64,000 nt of DNA, from positions 44,950 through 108,949 of the forward strand of contig CAVZZG010000003.1 in the NCBI GenBank assembly GCA_963779685.1, given 5' to 3'. Of the stretch, positions 47,625-56,396 are shown piece by piece. The position numbers were made by a program, and so were the translations under genes. Within the stretch, counting starts at the first letter, position 1; every line of letters starts with the position of its first letter. The notes below the pieces were generated by a model. It searched no databases and had not been told where the DNA came from. It saw only the letters and a program-made list of their open reading frames with translations. Source of the stretch: an uncultured Actinomycetes bacterium (GTDB lineage: Bacteria; Actinomycetota; Thermoleophilia; Gaiellales; F1-60-MAGs149).

Positions 47625-48526
47625 GTCTGCGTCCCGGCGGCGAACGTCCTGGTGTGGCGGACGACGTGAGCTGGTATCTGGAGGGCGCCCGGGCGAACGG
47701 GATCGCTCCGGCGACGGTGCGCAGCTACGGCACCGACCTGCGCGCCTACGTGCGGTGGCTCGCCGAGCGCGACCGCACGCCGGCCTCGGCGACCCGCGCT
47801 GACGTCCGCGCCTACGCCGCCTCGCTTGCCGCCCGCGACCTCGCAGCATCGAGTCGCGCGCGAGCCCTGTCCGCGATCCGCGGCCTGCACCGCCGGCTGC
47901 ACGATGCCGGCCGCGCCCCGCGCGACCCGGCCGCCGAGCTGCGAGGGCCGCGACGACCCCGCCGCCTCCCCGCGGCGCCCGGCGTCGCCGACGTCGCCCG
48001 GTTGCTCGACGCCCCGTGGCCGGAAGGCCCGCTCCCGCTCCGTGACCGTGCGCTGCTCGAGCTCCTCTACGGTTGCGGTCTGCGGGTTGCCGAGGTGTGC
48101 GCGCTCGACCTCGGCGACGTCACGGCCCGCGAGGTGCGGATCCACGGCAAGGGCGCGCGGGTGCGCATCGTCCCGATCGGCGCCGCGGCAGCCGCGGCGA
48201 CCGCCGCCTGGGCGGCGCGTGGCCGTCCGCAGGTCGCGCGGCCGGAGTCCGGCCGTGCCCTGCTGCTGAGCACCCGTGGACGCCGCATCGAGGTGACCAC
48301 CGCCCGCCGCGTCCTCGCCCGGCGAGCCGCCGCAGTCGGCCTCGACCACCTCCATCCGCATGCGCTGCGCCACGCCTACGCCACCCACCTGCTGGAGGGT
48401 GGTGGGGATCTGCGAGCAATCCAGGAACTTCTGGGGCATGCTTCGTTAGCCACCACCGAGATCTACACCCGGGTCACGGTGGGGCATCTCCGTCAAGCCC
48501 ACGCCCTCGCGCATCCACGAAATTGA
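47621..48526 (+). CDS. xerC: Tyrosine recombinase XerC/XerD
   Basis: An N-terminal SAM-like domain is followed by catalytic residues R (GLRVAE), HxxR (HALRHAYATHLL), H and Y (LGHASLATTEIYTRV). It lies in a dprA...xerC-whiG neighbourhood. Confidence 0.9.
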   Translation: MSLRPGGERPGVADDVSWYLEGARANGIAPATVRSYGTDLRAYVRWLAERDRTPASATRADVRAYAASLAARDLAASSRARALSAIRGLHRRLHDAGRAPRDPAAELRGPRRPRRLPAAPGVADVARLLDAPWPEGPLPLRDRALLELLYGCGLRVAEVCALDLGDVTAREVRIHGKGARVRIVPIGAAAAAATAAWAARGRPQVARPESGRALLLSTRGRRIEVTTARRVLARRAAAVGLDHLHPHALRHAYATHLLEGGGDLRAIQELLGHASLATTEIYTRVTVGHLRQAHALAHPRN

Positions 48527-49302
48527 TGGCCCAAAGCAAGGTCGCAATCGAGGATATCTGGCAGAAGTACAGCGAAACGCGCGACAAGGCGCTTCGCGAT
48601 CGCCTGATCCTGAACTACGCCCCCCTCGTCAAGTACGTGGCGAGCCGGCTCGGCACGAGCCTGCCTGCCCACGTCGACGAGGGTGATCTCGTGTCCTACG
48701 GCCTGCTCGGCCTGATCGGCGCCATCGAGCGCTACGACCCCGACCGCGAGATCAAGTTCGAGACCTACGCGATCTCGCGGATCAAGGGCTCGATCATCGA
48801 CGAGCTCCGCTCGCTCGACTGGGTGCCGAGGTCGGTCCGTTCGCGGGCCCGCGAGATCGAGCGCGCCATGCTCGAGCTCGAGAACCGGCTCAAGCGCCCG
48901 CCGTCGGACGAGGAGGTCGCTGCCGAGATCGGGATCTCGGTCGACGACTTCCAGGACTCGCTCACGGCCATCTCCCGCTCGTCGGTCGCCGCGCTGGACG
49001 AGCTCTGGCAGATCTCCACCGGCGGCGGCGACACCGTCAGCCTCATCGACACGATCGAGGATCCCAACGCCGAGGATCCCACGCGCAAGATCGCCCAGTC
49101 CGAGGTGAAGGAGGCGCTGGCGGACGCCATCCAGCGGCTCCCCGAACGAGAGCGCCTCGTGATCACGCTCTACTACTACGAGGAGCTCACGCTCCGCGAG
49201 ATCGGCGAGGTGCTGCACGTCACCGAGTCGCGCGTCTCGCAGCTGCACACGAAGGCGATCCTGCGCCTGAAGGTGCGCCTTCAGGGCAACCTCAACCGTT
49301 GA
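48526..49302 (+). CDS. whiG: FliA/WhiG-family (sigma-28 type) RNA polymerase sigma factor
   Basis: Region 2 is ..LVSYGLLGLIGAIERYDP..FETYAISRIKGSIIDELR. Region 4 is LYYYEELTLREIGEVLHVTESRVSQLHTKAILRL. The ATG overlaps the xerC stop by 1 nt. Confidence 0.9.
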   Translation: MAQSKVAIEDIWQKYSETRDKALRDRLILNYAPLVKYVASRLGTSLPAHVDEGDLVSYGLLGLIGAIERYDPDREIKFETYAISRIKGSIIDELRSLDWVPRSVRSRAREIERAMLELENRLKRPPSDEEVAAEIGISVDDFQDSLTAISRSSVAALDELWQISTGGGDTVSLIDTIEDPNAEDPTRKIAQSEVKEALADAIQRLPERERLVITLYYYEELTLREIGEVLHVTESRVSQLHTKAILRLKVRLQGNLNR

Positions 49303-49931
49303 CGACCCGGCTCGCGGGGTTCGCCGGTCGCGTCGGCTCCGTCTCGGTGTTCACGCTCCTCGCGGTGCTGCAGGCGGATGCCGCCCGCGGCACGGTCCAG
49401 AGCTCGGCCCGCGTCTTCCACGCCCTGACTGCCTGCCTGTGGCTCCTGTTTGCGTGGGCCGCCCTCCGCCGCGCAACCCCTGTGAAGCGCGGACCGGTGC
49501 TCGGCGCCGCCGTGGGGTTCGCGTCGATCCCGGCGGCCGTCGCGCTCTCCCTGGCCGGCTCGGACGCGGCGGCCGCGCCGTGGCGGATCGCCACGGCGGA
49601 CGTGCTGCTCGCCGTCGGCCTTTCCTGGGCGCTCGTCTCGGCGGCCTGGCTGGGTCGGTGTTTCGGGGTGTTCCCGGACGCCCGAGGGCTGGTCACCACC
49701 GGGCCGTATGCGGTCGTGCGCCATCCGCTGTACCTGGGCGAGCTGACGGGCATGGCCGGCGTCGTGCTCTGCTCGACGCGTTCGGTCGTCGCGCTGGGAG
49801 CCTTCGCCGTCCTGGTCGCCATCGACCTCGCCCGCACGGTGTACGAGGAGCAGACGCTGCGGTCGGCGTTCCCGGACTACGACGACTACGCCCGCCGTGT
49901 CCGCTTCCGGATCGTCCCGGGTGCCCTCTAG
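49299..49931 (+). CDS. Isoprenylcysteine carboxyl methyltransferase (ICMT/PEMT) family membrane protein
   Basis: It is multi-TM and has the C-terminal motif LVTTGPYAVVRHPLYLGE...EEQTLRSAFPDY. The TTG overlaps the whiG stop. Confidence 0.8.
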   Translation: MTTRLAGFAGRVGSVSVFTLLAVLQADAARGTVQSSARVFHALTACLWLLFAWAALRRATPVKRGPVLGAAVGFASIPAAVALSLAGSDAAAAPWRIATADVLLAVGLSWALVSAAWLGRCFGVFPDARGLVTTGPYAVVRHPLYLGELTGMAGVVLCSTRSVVALGAFAVLVAIDLARTVYEEQTLRSAFPDYDDYARRVRFRIVPGAL

Positions 49932-49947
49932 TTGGGCTCGGCGGCGG

Positions 49948-50629
49948 TCAGGTGAGCGACACGTCGGTCGTCTCGCGCATCTCCTCGAAGTAGGCCACGG
50001 CAGCGGCGCGCGTGTGCACTTCGAGTTTGCGCAGGATGGCCTTGACGTGCGATCTCACGGTCTCGATCGACACCACGAGCTCTGCCGCGATCTCGCCGGT
50101 GCGGAGACCGCCGGCCAGCATGCCCAGGATCTGCCACTCACGGTGGGTCAGGTGCGCGCCCCGTGCTCGGCGGTGCTCGGCGCGCCTCGCCGCCACCCGC
50201 TGGTACTCGTGCACCAGGAGCGAGGTCATGCGGCGCGAGAGCGGAGCCTCGCCCTGGGCGGCGGCGGCTAGCGTCTCGCCCAGCCGCGATGCCGCCATGT
50301 CCTTCGTCAGGTAGCCGTCGACGCCGCTGCGGAGCGCGCGGAACAGGTCGGCCGGCTTCTCCGACGAGGTCAGGACCACGATCCGGGCATCGTCGTTGAG
50401 CGATCGCAGCTCGACGCCGAGATCGAGTCCATCGCCGTCCCGCAGGTAGATGTCGAGCAGCACCAGGTCGAACTCGAGCCGCGGCGCGAGTGCCCGGGCC
50501 ACCGGCACACGAGCCGGCCTCGCCGGCGATCCGGAAGCCATCCTCGGTGAGGATGTCGACCAGGCCGCGGCGGGTCAGCTCGTGGCCTTCGACGATCAGA
50601 ATCCGCAGGGGTTTTCCGTCATAACCCAA
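49948..50629 (-). pseudogene. NarL/LuxR-family response regulator RR-1, with a +1 frameshift near 50503 (possibly a sequence error)
   Basis: The N-terminus MGYDGKPLRILIVEGHELTRRGLVDILTEDGFRIAGEAGSCA is in one frame (ORF 50138..50629). ..VARALAPRLEFDLVLLDIYLRDGDG..LuxR HTH is in the next frame (ORF 49948..50541). An extra G lies in gtgccGgtgg. RBS GAGGA precedes the TTG start. Confidence 0.8.
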
Positions 50630-50690
50630 CGCAGGTCCTCAGATATGGGGAGAGGGGAGAGGGTGTCGCGTCTTGACGATACCGTGTCGC

Positions 50691-51012
50691 CCCACCGGCG
50701 AGCATCGGTGGGAATCTGCGGATAGCTGCGGGCATACCGCAGATCGAACCCGGCACCTCTCCGCAGCGCCCTTGTGTCCCGAGTCCGGAGTTCGTCGGCA
50801 GGTCGGCGCGAGGAGCAAGCCTGGCAAGGAGCAGGCCCGAGAGGCAGGCTGGTGGCCTGTCCGAGGGCCCGCGATCTCGGCGATCTGGTGGATACCAGAT
50901 CGCCTCACACGCTGGGCAAGCATGGCTTGCCCAGCTCCACCGGCTTCCCGGTGGAGCCTGGCAAGAGCAACTTGCCAAGCGTATGAGGTGATGTGCTACC
51001 CAGCGCATCACC
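50691..51012. other. Hairpin-dense spacer: at least 8 consecutive stem-loops, 5 of them abutting between 50881 and 51012
   Basis: Stems are at 50692-50711 (6 bp), 50714-50744 (8 bp), 50833-50870 (imperfect), 50881-50902 (9 bp), 50911-50935 (11 bp), 50935-50956 (9 bp), 50959-50977 (7 bp) and 50987-51012 (7+2 bp). Each has a different sequence. Confidence 0.5.
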
Positions 51013-51067
51013 GATCAGGCGCCGCTCCGCAGCACCGGGAATGCCGGCGAACTTCCGACTCGGGACA

Positions 51068-51739
51068 CTAAGTGGTCGCGAGCACGCCGTCGGCGTCGTC
51101 GAGCCGCGCGATGGCGGCGGCCCGGGTGTGGACGCCGAGCTTGCGCAGGACCGCCTTGATGTGCGACCGCACCGTCTCGGTCGAGACGACGAGCTCGCCG
51201 GCGATGTCCACCGTGCGCTTGCCGTCGGCCAGCATGCACAGCACCTGCCACTCGCGCAGCGTGAGGCGGGCGCGGACGGCGCTCGCCCGCTGCCCGTGGG
51301 CCTGGTTGAGCCGCTGGTACTCCTGGACGAGCTGCGCGGTCATGCGCCGGGAGAGCGGCGCCTCGCCGCGGGCGGCGGCACGCAGGGTCTTGACCAGGCG
51401 CCCGGGGGGCATGTTGCGCCCGAGGTAGCCGTCCACGCCCCGTCGCAGCGCGCGGAAGAGGTCGGTCGGCCGCTCGGTCGTGGTCAGGACCACGACCTTG
51501 GCGTCGGGGTTCTCACGCCGTAGCTCGGCGGCCAGGTCGATGCCGTCGCCGTCGTCGAGGTCGTGGTCGACCAGGGCCAGGTCGTACCGCGCGACCCTGG
51601 GCACGAGCGCGCGCGCCGCCGCGCACGATCCCGCCTCCGCGACCACGCGAAACCCGGCCTGCGTGAGCACGCCGGCGAGGCCGGCGCGGGACGGTCGTTG
51701 ATCCTCGATCAGAAAGATCCGCAGGGGCGCCTGGGACAC
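51068..51739 (-). CDS. NarL/LuxR-family response regulator RR-2 (paralog of RR-1)
   Basis: The GTG at 51739 is preceded by GAGGAGGG. The receiver has the acceptor Asp in LALVDHDLDDGDG, followed by a LuxR HTH (LTLREWQVLCMLADGKRTVDIAGELVVSTETVRSHIKAVLRKL). Confidence 0.88.
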   Translation of the reverse strand: MSQAPLRIFLIEDQRPSRAGLAGVLTQAGFRVVAEAGSCAAARALVPRVARYDLALVDHDLDDGDGIDLAAELRRENPDAKVVVLTTTERPTDLFRALRRGVDGYLGRNMPPGRLVKTLRAAARGEAPLSRRMTAQLVQEYQRLNQAHGQRASAVRARLTLREWQVLCMLADGKRTVDIAGELVVSTETVRSHIKAVLRKLGVHTRAAAIARLDDADGVLATT

Positions 51740-51915
51740 TTCGCCCTCCTCGGTGGTCGTGCTCGTTCGCAACCGCACCCGCGGCGCGGGGATGCGCCGG
51801 CACGCTGGGGAGGGGCGGATGCTTCGCACCGGTGTATCACGGGTCGTCGCGCGCCGCAACCGCCGGATCCGGTCGGCCGGCCATTCCTGTGCGAGAATCC
51901 GTCCGGGAGAACCGC

Positions 51916-52212
51916 ATGGCACCCGACCTGACACCGCAGATCCTGATCGCCGTGGCCGGCCCGGCCGTGCTGCTCGTCTGGGTGGTCGTCCATCACTACC
52001 AGCCGTCCGGATTGCGTTCGCTCGTGCTGCACCTCGTCGGCGGGCTCGTGCTCACGGCGCCGCTGGCCGGAGTGCTCATGGGCGCTGCCAAGGGGCTCCC
52101 GGGATTGCTGCATCCGCTCGTCGTGCTGTCGCTCGGCCAGATCGCGATCGCCTACCTCTTGCTGGTGGGCTACTGGGTCCTGCGAGCCGGCGTCGGCGCC
52201 GTCATCCGCTGA
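51916..52212 (+). CDS. Hypothetical small membrane protein (3 TM segments)
   Basis: The ATG at 51916 lies within ORF 51832..52212. The 98-aa product is very hydrophobic and the gene is divergent from RR-2. It is followed by an 8-bp GC hairpin at 52232-52255. Confidence 0.45.
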   Translation: MAPDLTPQILIAVAGPAVLLVWVVVHHYQPSGLRSLVLHLVGGLVLTAPLAGVLMGAAKGLPGLLHPLVVLSLGQIAIAYLLLVGYWVLRAGVGAVIR

Positions 52213-52310
52213 TATTCGCCGCGGGCCGCGCCCGCCGCTCCCCGGCAAGCGGCGGACAACGACCCGCGCATTCCGGGCTGGGCCCGGAAATCCCGGTGAC
52301 GTCGGCGACG

Positions 52311-53210
52311 TCACTTCAACGCGTTGTTGAGGAGTTCGTCGTAGATCCGGAATGCCGCCGGCCCGAGAACGATCAGGAGCAGCGAGGGCAGGATCAGGAA
52401 GAACGCCACCAGCACGATCTTCACTGGCGCCTTCTGCGCTCGTTCCTCGGCCGCCTGACGGCGCCGGAGTCGCATGTCGATGGCCAGGTTCTTGAGGATC
52501 TGCGCCAGCGGCACGCCGAGCGTCTGGCCCTGCACGAGCGACTGCGCGAACACCTTCAGGTTGCGGCTGTCGACGCGGTCGACGACGTGCTGGACGGCCT
52601 CGTTCCGTGCGACGCCCATGCGGATCTCCTGGAGCATCAGGCTGAACTCCTCGCGCAGTGGACCGGCCATGCGTCCGATCGCAGCCTGGGTGGCGGCCTC
52701 GAACCCGAGGCCGGCCTCGACGGTGATCGCGATCAACTCGATGAAATCGGGGACGTCGTGGTCGAAGGTCGCCGCGCGGTGCCGGATGCGACGGTTGAGC
52801 ACGAACTCCGGCAGCCGGAAGGCGACGATGATCGAGATGCCGACCAGCGCGATGTCGAGAAGCGTGTGGCTCTGGGCGAGCACGGCCGCCCCGGCGATGG
52901 CCGCCACGACCGGCAGCCCGTAGCGGAACAGGAGGATGCCCTCGGGCGTCGCGTTGAAGATGCCGGCGCGGACGAACTGCTGGCGGACGCGGGCCTCGTA
53001 GCCGCTCGGTGAGATCCGCTGCAGGAACCTGTGCGCCATGGACGCATCGGCGCTCGTCGCGGGAGCGGCCCGTCCGGCGATCGTCCCGTAGCCGTAGTCG
53101 TCGAGCCGTCTCACCGACGCGCCCACCGTCATGCGGGGCAGGGCGATGGCCCAGAGGAGGGCGGCGATGGCGAACCCGGTGAGGAGGAAGAAGATGGTGT
53201 AGAGCAGCAT
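52311..53210 (-). CDS. tadC: Tad pilus platform protein TadC (T2SS-F family)
   Basis: A T2SS-F domain (..DFIELIAITVEAGLGFEAA..) lies between TM segments. It is the last gene of the tad operon. The hairpin at 52296-52314 overlaps its stop. Confidence 0.9.
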   Translation of the reverse strand: MLLYTIFFLLTGFAIAALLWAIALPRMTVGASVRRLDDYGYGTIAGRAAPATSADASMAHRFLQRISPSGYEARVRQQFVRAGIFNATPEGILLFRYGLPVVAAIAGAAVLAQSHTLLDIALVGISIIVAFRLPEFVLNRRIRHRAATFDHDVPDFIELIAITVEAGLGFEAATQAAIGRMAGPLREEFSLMLQEIRMGVARNEAVQHVVDRVDSRNLKVFAQSLVQGQTLGVPLAQILKNLAIDMRLRRRQAAEERAQKAPVKIVLVAFFLILPSLLLIVLGPAAFRIYDELLNNALK

Positions 53211-53222
53211 GGCGGGCTCCGA

Positions 53223-55052
53223 TCAGAGGTCGATGCGCACGATGCGGGAGATCAGGAATGCGCCGAGTGCGGTCATGGCGGCGGCGGAGCCGAGCAGGAT
53301 CTGGCCGGCGGTGCGGTCGAGCAGCTCGTGCATCAGGTCGGGGTTGGCGAGGTACAGGAAGGCGCCCATGCCGATGGGCAGGATGATCAGGATGATCATC
53401 GTCATGCGGCCCTGTGCGGTGAGCGACTGCACCTCGCGCTGGAGCCGCTGGCGCTCGAGCACCGACGCGGCCACCGAGTCGAGGATCTCGGCCATGTTCC
53501 CGCCGATCCGCGACTGGATGGCCACCACGGCGATCACCCAGTCGAGGTCGCGCGACCGCATCCTCACGCCGAGCTCGTCCATGGCGAGGTCCAGGTTGCC
53601 GCCGAGGCGGGTCTGGGAGATGACGCGGCGGAACTCCGACTTCGACGGCTCGGCCGCGTTGTCGGCGACCGAGTCGATCGCCTGCTGCAGCGAGAAGCCG
53701 GCTCGCAACGACTGCGAGAGGATCGCCAGGTTGTCCGGCAGCTGGTCCTGGAACGCCTTCATCCGCTGGGCCGCGCGGTGCTGCACCGACATCCAGGCGA
53801 TGAGGGGCACGAGCAGCCCGAAGAGGATCGCCCACGGGTTTCGCAGCACGACTGCGAGGACGAGGCCGACGAGCGTGCCCCCGGCGCATGCCAGGTAGAC
53901 GAGCTGGCTCGGCCGGATCGGGATGTCGGCCCGGTCGAGCTCGAGCGACAGGCGCTGCGCCCATGCCACGTCCTTCAGCCGCTTGTCGGTGCGGTCGAGA
54001 AGGTCGTCGAGGAACAGCGACTGTCGCGCCTCGTGGGCCTCGGCAGTCATGTGGTACTCGGAGACCCGGTCGGCCATCGACATCCGTCGCGTGCGGGCGA
54101 ACAGCAGTGCGATGGTCAGCACGGCCAGGGCGACGATGCCGGCGACGGCTGCGACCACCCACGACTCCTGCCAGAAGGCCGTCCGACGCCCGATCACCGG
54201 CGCCGGCGGCAGGCTGTAGTTGGCCGCCGCCGGGGCGAAGCCCGGCGCGCTGATGAGGGCGTGCCCCGCGGCGCCCGGCGCCGTCAGGTTCGACGTGAAG
54301 GAGACCTCGTAGAGGGTGGTCAGCGACGCCGTCAGGGATCGCCCCAGGGCCTCGAGGCGCTGTGCGTCCGGCGCCTGGCTGTAGGTCCCACCGGTGCGTG
54401 CGGCCACGCCGCGCAGTGCGTTCGGGTCGAACGCGTGCGAGGCCAGGCCGATCGTGAAGACCCGGACGTCGGCCGTGGAGGCGGCGGCTGCCACCGTGTC
54501 GAGCGTGGCCTTCGATCCGTTGTCGCTGCCGTCGGACATGACGACGATCACGCGCGATTGCGCGGGCTGATGCGACACGTCGGTGATCACGCGCCCGAGC
54601 GCGTCGTACAGCTGCGTGCCGCCGCCGGTGGTGACGGTTGCGAGCGCGGCGGTCTGGGCCGCGGCGGTGGCGCCGAACGGCGCCACGACGGCGACCTCGT
54701 TGTTGAAGCGGTAGACCGCGCTGCGGACGTTGGGCGGGTTGTCTGCGACCAGCGACCGGGCCGTGGCGAGGGCGGCCTTGAGCGGTGCGCCGGCCATCGA
54801 GGAGGAGGCGTCGATGAGGAGCGCCATGGCGACCGGGTCGGCGGACGTGCTGACGCTGACGCCGTGGATCGGCTCGCCGTTCTCGGTGACCTGGATCTCG
54901 TTCGGGTTCAGGGTGCGCCCGGTGGCGGCGATCAGCCACGTCTGCTCGGCTCCGTTGCCCGAGATCTGGCGGACGGTCACGAGCGAGTCGGCCACCGCGG
55001 CCGGCACCGCCAGCGAGAGGACGACGATCGCGATCAGGCAGCGGCGGATCAT
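53223..55052 (-). CDS. tadB: vWA-domain::TadB fusion (secreted von Willebrand A module fused to a T2SS-F platform protein)
   Basis: A signal peptide is followed by a vWA domain with an intact MIDAS (LIDASSSM, GGGTQLYDA, MSDGSDN), a TM segment, then a TadB-like T2SS-F domain (..LPDNLAILSQSLRAGFSLQQAI..) with C-terminal TM helices. 609 aa. Confidence 0.85.
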   Translation of the reverse strand: MIRRCLIAIVVLSLAVPAAVADSLVTVRQISGNGAEQTWLIAATGRTLNPNEIQVTENGEPIHGVSVSTSADPVAMALLIDASSSMAGAPLKAALATARSLVADNPPNVRSAVYRFNNEVAVVAPFGATAAAQTAALATVTTGGGTQLYDALGRVITDVSHQPAQSRVIVVMSDGSDNGSKATLDTVAAAASTADVRVFTIGLASHAFDPNALRGVAARTGGTYSQAPDAQRLEALGRSLTASLTTLYEVSFTSNLTAPGAAGHALISAPGFAPAAANYSLPPAPVIGRRTAFWQESWVVAAVAGIVALAVLTIALLFARTRRMSMADRVSEYHMTAEAHEARQSLFLDDLLDRTDKRLKDVAWAQRLSLELDRADIPIRPSQLVYLACAGGTLVGLVLAVVLRNPWAILFGLLVPLIAWMSVQHRAAQRMKAFQDQLPDNLAILSQSLRAGFSLQQAIDSVADNAAEPSKSEFRRVISQTRLGGNLDLAMDELGVRMRSRDLDWVIAVVAIQSRIGGNMAEILDSVAASVLERQRLQREVQSLTAQGRMTMIILIILPIGMGAFLYLANPDLMHELLDRTAGQILLGSAAAMTALGAFLISRIVRIDL

Positions 55053-56395
55053 CGGAGGCTCCTCGTCTTCGTCGCCGGAGCCGCGAAGAGTGCAGCCGGG
55101 ATGTCGACGCCGTGCCGGGCGAACTTCGCCGAGAGCGCGGGCCGGAGCCCCGTCGGTACGAGCCCGCCGCGCTCGGCGTGGACGGTGCTGCGCGGATCGA
55201 GCTTGTAGACGAACAGGTCCTGGAGGGTGACGGCGTCGCCCTCCATGTGGAGGACCTCCGTCACCTGGGTGATCTTCCGCGAGCCGTCGTCCATGCGGTC
55301 GAGGTGCACCACGAGATCGAGGGCTGCGCAGATCTGCTCGCGGATCGCCTTGTGCGGCAGGCTGAACCCGGCCATCAGCACCATCGTCTCCAGCCGGCTC
55401 ATGGCGTCGCGGGGCGAGTTGCAGTGGATGGTCGACAGCGACCCGTCGTGGCCGGTGTTCATGGCCTGGAGCATGTCCAGCGCCTCGGCGCCGCGGACCT
55501 CGCCCACGATGATGCGGTCGGGCCGCATGCGCAGGGCGTTGCGTACCAGGTCGCGGATCGTGATCTGACCCTTGCCCTCGATGTTGGGCGGGCGGGACTC
55601 CAGGCGCACGACGTGGCGCTGGCTCAGCTGGAGCTCGGCCGCATCCTCGATCGTGACGATCCGCTCCGTCGACGGCACGAAGCTCGACACGACGTTCAGG
55701 AGCGTCGTCTTGCCGGCACCGGTGCCGCCGGACACGAGCAGGTTCAGCTTGGCGTGGACGCAGCGCGAGAGGAAGTCCTCGAGGCCCGGCGTGAGGGTGC
55801 CGAGGGCGACGAGATCGTCGGAGGTGAAGCGCTTGCGGGCGAACTTGCGGATCGTCAGCGTGGGCCCGCCGATCACCAGGGGATGGACGATGGCGTTGAC
55901 GCGCGACCCGTCCGGCAGGCGGGCGTCGACCATCGGCGACACCTCGTCGACGCGGCGGCCGACGGTGGCGACGATCTTGTCGATGATCCGCCGCAGGTGG
56001 GCGGCGTCGTTGAAGTGGGCGTCCGTCTCGTAGAGCAGGCCGGCCCGCTCGATGTAGATCTGGGACGGGTCGTTGACCATGATCTCGGTGACCGTCTCGT
56101 CCTCGAGGAACGGCTCGAGTGGCCCGTAGCCGATGATCTCGTCCGTGATCTCGCGGATCAGGCGGTCGCGATCGGGCCGCGAGAGCGGGTCGCTGGCGTG
56201 CGCGAGCGCCGCGGTGACGGCGTCACGCACGCTGCGGCTGAACTCGGGGCCCTTGAGATCGTCGCTCGACAGGCGTGGGCCGAGCGTCGCGATGACCTCG
56301 CGGTGGATGGTCGTCTTGAGCTCCGTGAACGGGTCGGGCCCGCTGACGGGTAGTGCGGGGCCGCCGTTGGCGGCAAGCCGGTCGGTCAGGGACAT
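55049..56395 (-). CDS. cpaF: Tad pilus secretion ATPase TadA/CpaF
   Basis: Walker [10 protein letters not shown], an Asp box, Walker [10 protein letters not shown] and a His box ([10 protein letters not shown]). The ATG at 56395 is preceded by GGGGAGG. The longer ORF extending to 56530 is an R-rich extension. Confidence 0.95.
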   Translation of the reverse strand: MSLTDRLAANGGPALPVSGPDPFTELKTTIHREVIATLGPRLSSDDLKGPEFSRSVRDAVTAALAHASDPLSRPDRDRLIREITDEIIGYGPLEPFLEDETVTEIMVNDPSQIYIERAGLLYETDAHFNDAAHLRRIIDKIVATVGRRVDEVSPMVDARLPDGSRVNAIVHPLVIGGPTLTIRKFARKRFTSDDLVALGTLTPGLEDFLSRCVHAKLNLLVSGGTGAGKTTLLNVVSSFVPSTERIVTIEDAAELQLSQRHVVRLESRPPNIEGKGQITIRDLVRNALRMRPDRIIVGEVRGAEALDMLQAMNTGHDGSLSTIHCNSPRDAMSRLETMVLMAGFSLPHKAIREQICAALDLVVHLDRMDDGSRKITQVTEVLHMEGDAVTLQDLFVYKLDPRSTVHAERGGLVPTGLRPALSAKFARHGVDIPAALFAAPATKTRSLR

Positions 56396-56396
56396 C

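Noticed and set aside
47621-48526. The tyrosine recombinase as the integrase of a tRNA-Trp-linked island.
   Set aside because: It has XerC/D-type motifs and lies in the conserved dprA...xerC-whiG context, overlapping its neighbours. It is about 9 kb from the tRNA, and no att-like repeats were seen.
50959-50977. TGGCAAG-N5-CTTGCCA as a sigma-54 (-24/-12) promoter.
   Set aside because: The GG-to-GC spacing is two nucleotides too long. The element is a simple palindrome within a hairpin series. Sigma-54 is not expected in Actinomycetota.
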